This document shows, piece by piece, positions 14,806 to 29,055 of a stretch of 64,000 nt of DNA. Made by a program: the position numbers and the translations under genes. Position 1 is the stretch's first letter. Each line of letters starts with the position of its first letter. The stretch is from assembly GCF_009914755.1 (NCBI RefSeq), contig NC_060926.1; one strand, 5' to 3'. This stretch comes from the human T2T-CHM13v2.0 reference genome, Homo sapiens. The notes under the pieces are model-generated. The model did no database searches. It was not told where the DNA came from and saw only the letters and a program-made list of their open reading frames with translations.

Positions 14806-15343
14806 TGTGATGATTAGTTTTGAATGTCGACTTGACTGAATTAAGGAATACCTAGCAAACTAGCAAAGTATACTTTTTGATGTGTCTATAAAGCCATTTC
14901 CAGAGGATATTTGTGTGCAAGTTGGTGGAATGAGTGAAAAAGGTCCTCCCCAATGTGGGCAGGCACCATTCAAATGGCTTGGGGCCCAGATGAAACAAAA
15001 AGGCAGAAGAAGGGAGCATTCTAGCTCTCTGTCTTCTGGGCTATAATGCTCCTCTTTTCCTGCCTCTGGACATCAGAACTCTAGGCTTTCTGGCCTTAGG
15101 ACCCCAGGACTTACACCAGCAGCCCTTTGAGTTCTCAGGGCTTTGCCCTAAGACCAAGAGTTACATCATCAGCCTTCCTGGTTCTGAGGCTTTCAGACTT
15201 GGACTGGGCCAATCTCTGGAATATCAAGGGAGCATATGGGACTTCCTCAGCCTCCATAATTGTATGAGCAAATTCCCCTAATAAATCTCCTCTCTTGTAT
15301 ATCTCCTGTTGGTTATGCCTCTCTGGAGAAACATGATGAATAT
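14806..15343 (+). mobile_element. ERVL LTR (MLT2-like)
   Basis: Starts tgtgatgattagttttgaatgtcgacttgactg, ends ctctctggagaaacatgatgaata; ATTCC on both flanks. Confidence 0.8.
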
Positions 15344-17195
15344 GATTCCCTTGTCATTTTCTTTGGAAGGGACACATTCAAACCATAGCAGTCTGTAAAT
15401 CTTTATAATTGTTATATCTTCTTGCTGTATTGAACCTCTTACTAATATATAATGCTCTCTGCCTCTTATAACCTTTTTGGGTTTAAAGTCTATTTTTACT
15501 TTAAAATGCATATTCTTTTTAATGAATTCAATCATTATTTTCTATTGTGTGAATTCAATAGATATTTTCTTTGTTCTCACTTCAGGGATTACATTGAATA
15601 CACTAAAGTTGTAAAGTCTAATTTGAATTTATACCAACTTAAGTTCAGTAACATATAAAAACTTTGCTTTTATAGTGCCCAGTATTCTCTTTCTGTTATT
15701 AATGTCACAGATTAAGTCTTTATAAATTGTGTGCCCAATAATGTAGATTAATAATTCATTTTTATGCATTTGTCTTTCAATCACAGAGAAAATTTAAAAT
15801 GTAGTTATGGACCAAAATTACAGTAATACTAACTTTTATAATAGTCTCTGTATTTACCTTTACTGGAGATCCTTATTTCTTCATGTGGCTTCTAGTTACT
15901 GTCTAGTTTTCTTTCATTTCACCCTGAAGGTACTCACTTAAGGATTTCTTGCAGGGAAGGTCTAGTGGTAACAAACTCATCTTTTGTTTATCTGAGAATA
16001 TTGTAATTTCGCACTTATTTTTAAGAACAGTTTTGCTGAATATTGAATTCTCAGTTGACAGGTTTTTTTTCTTTAAGCACTTCGAATATATCAACTCACT
16101 GACTTCTGGCCTTCTAGATTGCTGATGAGAAATCAGCTGAAAACTTTTTTTTAGAGATGGGTTTTGTTATGTTGCCTAGGCTGTACTTGAACTCCTGGGC
16201 TCAAGTCATTTTCCTGCTTCAGCCTCTTGAATAGCTGGGACTACAGGTGCACACCACCATGCCTGGCTTGCTGAAATCTCATTGAGAGCCCTTCTATGTA
16301 ATTAGTCACTTCTCTCTTGCTGCTTTTAAGATTCTCTCCTTGTCTTTTGATTATAATGTGCATCACTGTGCATCTCTTTGAGTCTACCCTACTTCTTAGT
16401 TTATCAAGCTTCTTGGATTTGTAAATTGATGTCTTTCATCAAATTTGGAGCATTATCAGGCATTAATTCTTCAAATATTATTTCTGCCCTTTCCTCTCTT
16501 TTCTCCTTCTGAGATTACCACAATATGTAAGTTGTTCTGTTTGATGATGCCCCACGGGATCTGTGGGGCTATGTTCACTTTTCCTTGTTTTTTTTCTTTC
16601 TGTTCATCACTCAGTAATCTCAATGGTTGTATCTTCAAGTTTGCTGGTTCTTTCTTCAGCTTGATCAAACCTGCTTTTGAACCCCTCTAATGTATTTTTT
16701 TTTCATTTCAGTGATTATATTTTTCAGCTCCAGAATTTCTTTTTGGCCCTCTTTTATACTTTCTACCTCTTCATTGATATTCTCATTTTATCTATGCATT
16801 GTTTTCCTGTCTTTGTTCATGTCTTCCTTCAGTTTTTTGAGCATCTTTAAGACAGTCATTTTAAAGTCTTTATCTAGGAAGTCCAATATTTGGGCTCCTT
16901 CAAATATGTTTTCCATTTATTTATTTTGCTCCTTTGAATGAGTCATACTTTCTATGTCTTGTTATTTTGTTGTTGTTGAGAGATGAACATTTGAATCTTA
17001 TAACATGGTAACTCTGGAAATTGGGTTTTCTCCCTTCCTCAAAGTTTGTGTTGCTTTTGTTTTTTTGCATTTTGGTGGGATGTTTCTGTCTTGAGAATCA
17101 GTTTAAATAAAAACTTAAGGTCTTTTAGGTTTTATCTGATTCTACCTGTTTCCCTGGGAATGCACAATGGCTTTATAAATTTCTTCACATGCATG

Positions 17196-17309
17196 TTTTT
17201 GGTGTCCAAAACAACAGGTACTGCTTTTTTAAGTATCCTGGAATCTGTTCAATTTTTGGTGTCCAAAACAACAGGCACTGTTTTTTTAAGTCTCCTGGAA
17301 GCTGTTCAG
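17196..17309. repeat. Imperfect tandem duplication, 2 x 57 bp
   Basis: GGTGTCCAAAACAACAGG at 17201 and 17258; a few mismatches. Confidence 0.9.
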
Positions 17310-17719
17310 TTAATGGGGTTTAAAACAATGACAAACAGCCCCCATGCCTGCCCCATCAGTGATCAGAAACAGCAATCCATAGTCAGAACACAGAACCCTA
17401 ATATTTGGAGGACAAGGTCCTTATTGCCCACTCTAGCTCCAGTGAGCCATACAAGAAACATTGGTTGCTGTCCCTACAGCTGCCTGCTGCCAGCTGGGGA
17501 TTTGAGATGGGTAGTCATAACTGTACTGATGGCTGAAATAAATAAAAAGTAGATAAAATTTGCCAGCCAAACTGTTCCCTGGAAGATGCAAACATTAAAA
17601 TAAACTCCAGAGTTCCAAAATAGTCACTTCAGACTGTTTCTAACAGTATAATTGTTGTCTAGGTAGAGAGACAGATTCTTGCTGCTTCTTACTCCACCAT
17701 TTTCCCTGTCATCACTCCT

Positions 17720-19890
<2,171 letters not shown>

Positions 19891-20515
19891 GGAATGACTA
19901 CCACCTCCCCAGCAGCTCTAATTGAATTCCTGGCTTCTCTATTCCACCCATTTGCTCTCAGTCCAGGATTGGAGAGGCAAAATGGTTTCAGGTCAATGCA
20001 AATTACCACGGGTGATCCTTGGTACAACTGTGAAACCTGTAAAGTTTTATTAGTGGCTCTTGCTTTTCTTTCCATGCATTTATAGCACTCTCCTGTGCAG
20101 AGCTTCTAGGGCCTGGGTGCTCCCACTCTCTCCTGTGCCCCTATTTCCTCCAATCCCCCAAACCTGCTCTGGAAAAGAATAATATTGCTCATTTACACTT
20201 CAGTGTATGTCTCTGTTTCCTCTCCTAGAGGGGATGTATGTTTACATCTCATTTCTGATTAAGGGAATATAAGGTTTGGTCCCCCGTGAAAACATTGCAG
20301 GTGTCAGGAAGGCAGGGCATGGTGTCTGGGGTCAGGAGAACTTGTGTTCCTGAAATCAGACCAAGAAAGCTGCTGCTTTTCCAGCCTCTGCCCTTTATGG
20401 TTCCTGAATTGGGAGTGCTGAGTCAGTGGAAGAGTCTCATAGGAGACCAGTTTGCTTCTCTTTTCTTTCCTCTGTACTCACGGCGGAGTTTGCAGTCCGG
20501 ATTCTGCAATCCCAG

Positions 20516-21227
20516 TGTTCCCAGAACCAAGCTGGGTCTGGCTACGTTTTCTCAAGGCCCAATAATGAGAAGCAGACAAACTGGGAAAGAAGGGAATTTA
20601 TTGCTGTAACCGGATTCAGGGAGAAGGCCAGAGATAATTCCACCAGACAAACCCAGAGTGTTACCATTTTCTTAGTGCTCATATAGTTGGTGTTATGTGC
20701 CTACATGCAGTATCGCATTCACTTAAGTCTATTGGTAACTAATTTTGTTTCAGCTATAAGGTCAGAGGCAAAAAATGCTTGCTAAGTCCAACGAAAAGGG
20801 CCCCAGTACCTTCAAGGCCTGTCTACTGTGGTACCGGAGTGATTATTTCTATGTTATCTCCTTTACAGCTTGGTCCAGAGAGCTACCTTAGGCTCTCCAA
20901 TGAATCTATTCAAACACTGCCTCTGTTACCTTTACTCATCTAAAATTTTGTCAACCTGAGACGAAGTGCTGGCACTAGGAATGTAAGACTGTCTCTATTA
21001 TTTTGTTTGCTCTAGGTTAGGGAGAAGACTATGCAAGGCTCCTACTGACCATGTTTCATTTCTAGCTTTGATGTCTAGGCATTATTTCCCTAGGCTTAAC
21101 TATTTGCTCAATGTTAAGGCAGCTCTGTGGAAATTTGTCTGTGTAACTAGGGTGCTATGCAGGCCTGTCTGTGTGACGGTCATGCCTGCTTGTCTGTGTG
21201 GTTGTCAGGGAGAATTGACCTGCCACA
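20516..21227 (-). mobile_element. Solo ERV1-type LTR (about 710 bp)
   Basis: TG...CA ends, flanks CCAG/CTAG (4-bp TSD with one mismatch), minus-strand AATAAA near 20597-20602, internal TGTCTGTGT repeats. Confidence 0.7.
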
Positions 21228-22804
21228 CTAGCATGTGTAAGGATCCTCATCAGGCAAGAAAAAGTGTGGGTGGCCAGTCCACACCTGTTACTGGGAGGCT
21301 GGCACTGTCACCTCATTCCAATAGCTCTCAAAAGACAAACCTCTGTGAGTTGGGCCAAGGTTCAACAACAATAATTCCTTTTTGTCCTTTAACTTCTGTT
21401 TTAATTAACTTTATTGAGGCATGATTTACATGCCATAAAATGCACATACTTCAAGTGTAAAGTTTAGTGACTTTTGTAACTAACACCCCAAACAAGATAC
21501 AGAAAACTTTCATTTCCTTAGAAGTTTCCTTTGTGCTCCACTCTGGTAGAGTCCCCCTTACTCCCACCCCAGGACCCAATGGCTCTGTTTGCTGACCCTT
21601 TGAATGAGTTTTGCTTGTTCTAGAAGCCTGTATAAATGGGATCATACCGTATGTCCTGTCTGAAGTCTAGCTTCTTTTGCTCAGCATAATGGGTTCTGAG
21701 ATTCATTCATGTGGCATATTTCATTTTACTGCAGACTAGTATTCCATTGCATAGATAGGACACAATTCATTCGCCTGTTCACGGTCATTTGTGTTGTTAA
21801 TTTTCTCTAATTTTTAAATGATCAACACTTCTTGAGCTTCATTAACTACCAGGAACTTACGTAAGCCTGGGCACTCACAACTGGCAGGAAAAATGAAGTC
21901 AATAGATAGAACTTTTAAATGTTTCTCTCTGATACATTCCCTTCAGTCCAGTCTCTCCATCCCTTCCGCTGGTGGGCATAGGCAGATGACTGAGCAGATG
22001 TGTGGAAGGGACTCCAGAGAGGTCCCCAAGGCTCGGTTCACCTGTCTGCTGTGGATTGGTTGGTTGGTTTCGGACACATGGGTTTGTGCCGGTAATTTTT
22101 ATATCATGCGTTAACTTGGTTGCCCCAGTTTTAAGCTGGAATTGGGTTGCTCAAGGGTTCTTCTTGGTGATCTGCCAGGCAGCCCACTGACTGAACTAAT
22201 TTGGAACCCACCAGCTGATAGGAAATCAAGCTCCATGGAGACCATCAAGAGTGGTCACACTTGCCTGGAACTCCAGCCCCACCACTCCTGTGTGATAAAG
22301 CACTGGGAGCCACTTGACCATCACTTCAGAGAATATCAGAACTTGATGTAACTACATTGGGCATTGAGCCCTCCCCAAATGCACATTTAAATACTCCAAT
22401 CCAATTATATGCATGCTGCTAGACAAATAAAGCCAGACCCTGCATTTCTTGGACAACTTGTCTCCAAATGCAACTTCACCTGGGAAGAAACTGCTGGATC
22501 TGTGTTCCTGGAGATAAAAGTGTCTGAGTAAGACTTCAGAAGAGACTGTACCATATTTCCTAAATTGTGTGTTTTGTATTTATAGAAGATTTAAAGGATT
22601 TTTAAGGGATTCATTGACAGTGCAGGAGTTTCGTATGACACGCTCTTTTGATATAAAATGCTATTCTGCATATAGAACTTTTGTTTACAAATGTACTTAC
22701 TCATTTATTATTTTATTTGATCCACACATCCACTCTATGGGTAAACACGGCAACTCTGGGCATCCCATTTTGTAATGGGGATGCTGAAACACAGAGCTAA
22801 TGAG

Positions 22805-23028
22805 AGGGCCAGGACTAGGGTAAGCAAATGAGGAGGGTCATTGTACGTGCAAAGTGGGATTCTGTCTTCCTTTAAAATGATGATATTTTGTTCATCGCAG
22901 AATTTTTGCATTAACTTTGATTTTTTAAATATATTGCACTAAAATATTATTTATCTTGATTATTGAATCTTTTGTACTCAAGGCTAGTGAATTATTTGCT
23001 TCATCCTAATCCCTGAGTCTCAGGCCCT
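22805..23028. mobile_element. Non-autonomous DNA transposon (hAT, MER96-like)
   Basis: Imperfect inverted ends AGGGCCAGGACTAGGGTAAGCAA and TTGCTTCATCCTAATCCCTG...GGCCCTG around an AT-rich core. Confidence 0.45.
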
Positions 23029-23869
23029 GCAAGGTGAATGGATTAGCTTGAGTCATATAAAGTATCCATTTATTGCATATGAAAAACAGATAAATATCTG
23101 TCATTCCATATGATTCAACCTAATGGATCCTCCTAGGATGGAGTCAGGAGGCCACACTGCACATGAGTGCTTCAATTATACCACTCGGTGGTCCTAAGCC
23201 TGGTGCACATTAGAGCTCTTTCTGAAATTTTTATTAAAACCAGAGCCTCAGGTTTGGGATGGGAAACTGGCATTCCTCTACTGCAAACCTCTGGATTGGA
23301 ACCCCTGGATTAAACCAGAATTAAATCAGTCTATAGATTGAGGCAGAGAGTCTGGATTCAAATTCTGGTGTAGCTCTTTATAACCACACAATTTAAGGCA
23401 AGTTGCAAGTTATGAGTGTTGAGCAATGTATGCAAATGTTTAGCACAGTGTCTGGCATTAACAGTAAATCCTGGATAGGAATTAATGCTTGCACAAGCCA
23501 TTACTCTGTGTGGAAGTTCAGAGAAGTAAGTCAACCAAGGTCACACAGAAAGTTAATGAAAGAGTTGAATTTGGGACCCAAGTCTCTCTGGTCTCTAGCC
23601 AGAGGTGAAGTGACTACACTTGACATCCACTAAGTGCTTCCTTTAAGAACAGGGATCCTCAATAATTAGCCCATGACATTTTCTAATAAGTCCCCTCCCC
23701 ACACCCATGAGAATCAAAGATGAGCTGACCAGGCAGAGGCAGAGGGAGAGCAGGGAGCTCTGCCAGGCTAAGTGAGCGGGTTCCTTTGCCTAGGGGACTG
23801 CCCTCCAGTGGGCAAATCCCCTGTGTCCTCAATTATCTGGTCCTGTCTACCCCCCAGACTCTAGCTGGA

Positions 23870-24110
23870 GCCATCACTTCCTCATTTCCAATTTTCCTCT
23901 TTAAATTTTTCTGTCCTGGCTTCTGCTGCTTGTCCTCTGGCGGAACCAGTGACTTCCTGAATGTTGAAATTGTGGGCGCCACGGGGGACCTCTGCTTTTC
24001 AGGGCACTGCTAGGAGCTCACTTTCCTGAGTTTCATCCCCTTTCACTTTCTGACATACCACGGGCCAAAGAAAGTGACTTCGCCTGGCACAGCTTCACTT
24101 CCTGCCACCT
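23870..24110. promoter_or_regulatory. Candidate myeloid enhancer (PU.1/ETS and IRF motifs)
   Basis: Minus-strand AAATGAGGAAGTG (23875-23887), CAGGAAGT (23952-23959), GAAAGTGAAAG (24040-24050) and CAGGAAGTGAA (24094-24104) in unique sequence. Confidence 0.5.
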
Positions 24111-24954
24111 GTCTTCCTCACCTCTTACATTTCAAATAGGCCAAAAGTCTACGGCTCCCCTGCTCCAGGCTGTCCCACCTCTGAGAGGCTGCACCTGCCC
24201 TCCTTCCTCCCTGGAGGGCCTTTGCCTCATCTTGATCTGGATCAATCCCCCATTATCCTTTTAAGCCCAGCTCTGGTATCTGATATCTCTTGATTCAGAT
24301 GATAAAGCTATTTGTCATATTTCTGCCCTGTCTCCCCTGCCTCCCGGCACTTCTGTCTTTTCAGGGACATCAACCTTTGCCGCACTTCACAGCAATTTTC
24401 TGGAATGTAGTTGTAGCCGCAACCATCTTGCATGGTAGACTGTGAATATCTTTCATGAAAAAAGGCCATTTCTTCATCTCCTCGGTGCCCAGCAGGCTCA
24501 CAATGTCTCTAATGATAATAACAACAACATGACCATAGTGTTTATTACCTAATACTTCCATCCTAGCCACCTTATATGATTTAATTCATTTAAGGCTCAC
24601 GAAATTCATATCTTCCTTATTTATACAAACAGAAGAGTGAGATGCTCAAAGCTCAAGTGATTTGCCTACTGCCAGACAGCCCCTATGTGGAAGAGGTGGA
24701 ATTTGAAGCCAGGCATTCTAGCTCTTAGTGTCTGTGTCTTAACCACCATGCTATACAGCATCCCTGGTAGAGATGCCTGACGGGAGGGAGAGAGGGGAGA
24801 AGCTACTTTCCTTAAGGAGCTCAGATCTCACTGGGGCCTGGACAAGGACACCTGTAACACATGTACACATGTGCACACATGTGTACACACACAGAGAGAG
24901 AACATGGGAAAACTACAAGAAGAAATACTAAGTGCTAAAATGTGTGGTTCAGAG

Positions 24955-25140
24955 CAAGGCTTCTCAAACTGTAATGTGTATATAAATCACCTGGGGATCT
25001 AGTTAAACTGTAGATTTGGATTTGATCTGATGGGGTGGGACCAGAGACTCATTGTTAGAACAAGTGAACTTGCATTTCTAACAAGTTCTCAGGTGATACT
25101 AATACTGCTGGTCCATGGACCACACTTTGAGCAGCAAGGA
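24955..25140. mobile_element. MER5-family hAT-Charlie element adjacent to the promoter
   Basis: cttctcaaactg...aatcacctgggg...tgcatttctaacaagttctcaggtgat...ggaccacactttgagcagca. Confidence 0.8.
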
Positions 25141-25339
25141 TGAACTCTAAAGGTTGAGGCAGGTCAGAGAAGGGAGATTTCACTGTGGGCTGGAGAGGTC
25201 CTGGGACAGAGAGCTGAGTCTGGGCCCATGGCAGGGCTTGGTTGGCCCTCTCTGGAGCCATCCAGCTTTTGGGTCTCAGGGACCTGGGAGTGACGGGTGC
25301 ATTCAGAGGCCCGTAACTTGTGTCCCAAAGCCTCCTCGA

Positions 25340-25585
25340 TCCCCCTTAACAAGCAGCAGCACTGTGTGGGAGATCCACATGTGAATAGCCCGTGTTTGAG
25401 AAATGTCCAATCCTGATCATGTCAGGAAACATCCTGCAAATTCTGAAATCAGAGCCAAAGGGAAGTGCTGCGAGGTTTACAACCAGCTGCAGTGGTTCGA
25501 TGGGAAGGATCTTTCTCCAAGTGGTTCCTCTTGAGGGGAGCATTTCTGCTGGCTCCAGGACTTTGGCCATCTATAAAGCTTGGCA
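25340..25585 (+). promoter_or_regulatory. MARCO core promoter / 5'UTR; not a CpG island; PU.1/ETS site AAAGGGAAGTG (25457-25467) and E-box CACATGTG (25376-25383)
   Basis: Non-repetitive sequence directly 5' of the ATG; a PU.1 motif near the start is typical of TATA-less myeloid promoters. The TSS cannot be read from sequence. Confidence 0.7.
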
Positions 25586-25589
25586 ATGA
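25500..25589 (+). promoter_or_regulatory. Candidate upstream ORF (29 aa) whose TGA overlaps the MARCO ATG
   Basis: ATG 25500-25502 open to TGA 25587-25589; main ATG is 25586-25588. Confidence 0.55.
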
Positions 25590-25682
25590 GAAATAAGAAA
25601 ATTCTCAAGGAGGACGAGCTCTTGAGTGAGACCCAACAAGCTGCTTTTCACCAAATTGCAATGGAGCCTTTCGAAATCAATG
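25586..25682 (+). CDS. MARCO: MARCO coding exon 1 (cytoplasmic N-terminus MRNKKILKEDELLSETQQAAFHQIAMEPFEIN)
   Basis: ATG at 25586 (ggcaATGa), 32 codons + 1 nt, then donor G|gtaaag at 25683; translation matches the human MARCO N-terminus as I recall it and splices in frame to exon 2. Confidence 0.96.
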
Positions 25683-28668
25683 GTAAAGTACGATTCCCCA
25701 ATAATGGAAATGACCAGAAATGTAGTCTTTCTGCTAGCGAGATACGAAAATAGACAAGTCAATAGAAAGTCTAGGTTTGGCTTATTGCTGCATTTTGCAC
25801 GTAATCATCACTAATACTGTCTGGAGTGCTTCAATTTGGAATTTCTGGAATGCTAATAATAGATGCTGTATTTTTAGCATATAGTCAGGTTTTTCTTAGC
25901 TTCACTATTGTTTTAATCATATTTAAATATTTTCCCTTGAAAAAATGCCAATGCTTATTAAATGTCCCCTTTTTTTAATGAATGTCTTATTCTGACACAC
26001 AGGTTGGGTGATACAATGAAAACGCAAAACAGGGGCACTGAAAGGGGACCACAAAACTGAAGCCAAGCATGACAGTTTTCAAAACACAGCTTCTTTAAAA
26101 TTCTTTAAGGGGATTTCTGTTATAACTGATGTGCTGGTCAGGAAACATATTCTGTATTTCATGTTGACTGAAATATGTTCATAGCTTCATAATTAGTTTG
26201 TCTTAGGTTAAACTCAGGTCTGTAATATTCAGTCAACTCTGTTGTCTTTATTTTCTCACTCAGCATTCAACAGGTGATGCATTTTTAAAATCTTCTAGAA
26301 TTTGTAGCATTTGAAGTCATGGGTGGGCTTGCATTCCACAAATGAGCTCTGATTTCCTAGTCTAGAACGTTCTCTTGGGATCATCTTCCAAGTTGATCAG
26401 TCATTTCCACTCCCAGGCTTTGCTGGAAGTTGTCTATGCAGGAAAATTGGTGGCTTTATCTCCTGGCCAGAGTGTCCTTCTCATCCCACACCTGTCTGCC
26501 CAGGTCCCTGCCTGGAATTTTCAGCGCACAAAGATGAAGCGTCTGGGGCTCTGCCTCTAGGAATTTACAGTGTAATAACAGAGAAAGGTGTGAGTGCTAA
26601 TGGCTATAATAATCATTGGCTATTTAGAACTTCTCAGAATGCAACATTCTGGATACATGACTGTTTAAGAGACTGAAGATGTTCAAGCAAAGTCAGCTGA
26701 TCAAGCATACTCAGCACCTATTTCCAGCAGGGCACTGCACTCAGCACTGAGGAAACAGGCTTGAATAAACATAGCCTCTGGCCTCTGGCTTCTGGCACGA
26801 GGGGACAGGGGACAGGGTAAGCTGCCCATGAACTGACAATTTCCATGTTGTGACTGAGACTTCCACAGGACATGATGGACAGATCTAACCAGGTGTAGAG
26901 CCCTGGAGGGCAGAGCTGACACCTCTTCCAAAGTTTAAAGGATAAAGGGAGTCCGTTAGAGAAAGAAGTTAGTGCCTGGGGCGGGGTGGGCGCCACATGT
27001 TTGTATTGTATTCACAAGAAATATTCAGAGAAATATAAATACTTCCATACTGTTTGGCCAAAATTGGGACGGAAAGACCAGTGGGGACTGAGGCTGGAAC
27101 CAAAAAATTTGACTTCATCCTGAGGTCAGTGGGGAAGCAGGAAGGGGCCGATGTGGGGCTGAAAGGCACTAATGTGCATGTGAGGTTGCTCTTTGTCCTA
27201 CATAGGGATGGCTGGAGAGAGAAGCTGAGGACAGAGAGGAACTTGGCAGCAAGAGATGATGAGGGGCAGTGGATGGAAGGCAGGAAAATAAAGGAATGCT
27301 CTGGAGAAACACCGGAAATCAGATCAATTGGACTGCAATGGCAGGACAGGGCTGGGGAGGAAGACGCAGGAGTTAATAGTGAACCCTAGATTTCTGACCT
27401 GGGTTGTGTGTGTCACCAATTAAAAATGTAACTAAGCCAGTGCAGGAGGATTCCTTGAGCCCAGGAATTTGAGACCAACCTGGGCAACATAGTGAGACCC
27501 TATCTCCACCAATAAATAAATAAATAAAATGTTTAAAGTATCTCACCAAAAAACCAAAACTACTCCAATTTGGATGAAAGAAACATTTTCTTATATGCAT
27601 TCACAACATCCTGCCTTCTAATACAAAGATTGTGGAACATATGAAACTTTCTAGAAGAGTGCCATTATGCAGGTAATCACTGTGAGGCTCTGGTAACACA
27701 GTGACCCCTCAGGGCCGGCTCTGCACATTACTTATTTTTTGTCTGCTGAAGATTTATTTATTTAGGCCATATATAGTTTTATTTTCTTTTGAAAATACAT
27801 TATCTTAAAATTCCCACATATGGTTCATGAAAAACAGCACTGAAAAATATTTCTAATGTCATTTTCCTCATTTATTTTTCTCTATTGTTGGTATTGAAAT
27901 ATAAAATGCTGTTTTTCCCTGATTATAAAGTATTAAACTAGTTTTTTTTTATTATTATTACCCAAGGATACTGGACTAGGAAAGTTTTCAACACATGCTG
28001 AAGAAAATTTTAGAAGTGAGTTTGGGAAACTTTTGGAATATAACCTTCATTTTTTCTAAAATTAATCTTAAAAAAAGGATGAGGAGTGTAAATTTCACAC
28101 TGTACCCTCTAGAAGCACAGTGCAACTTGCATCCCTCTTTCCTGCCATCACCTCCAGCCTCCCTCATTAGAACAAGCCTCCTTCATTCCATTATCTGCAC
28201 TAGAATTAAGGTACTCTTTCTTTTCTTTATTTTTTATTCTAGCTTTTTAGGAGTGTGATTAACAATACAAACTGTATATATTTATGATGTACACGTGATG
28301 ATTTGATATATGTATCCATGGATGAATAACCACCACAAAGACTGCTTTAGTTTCCTGAGGGGACTTGACATAGGGTTGGCTTCTGTGGCCCTCAGGGTCT
28401 CACAGAATCCCAGGTCTCTCCTCAGAGCCATAGAAACTGCTCTTTTGCCCCATCATCCACCTCAACAATGGAACATTTGGGCTTGAACGAGAGGATTTAC
28501 CTGTTGGCAATATCTTTCTGGGATGTGTCTGTTTCTACCTTTTTGAAAATTAGCAATCTGTGTCTGGCTTTAGGCTTCCTGTCACACTCCTGGCCGTCTG
28601 GTTTCTCAAGGAAGACTACTGTTACCACAGCCTAACAAGACAAGCACTTGTTAGGCTGTGCAATGTGA

Positions 28669-29055
<387 letters not shown>

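Larger units (their letters stand above)
13510..17715 (-). mobile_element. Ancient L1M (ORF1 and 5' ORF2 region) interrupted by LTRs and an Alu monomer (about 16145-16268)
   Basis: Minus-strand remnants EHYILVRGSIQQEDITIIKIY (endonuclease) and IKQNNLHIVVISEGE (ORF1). Confidence 0.75.
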
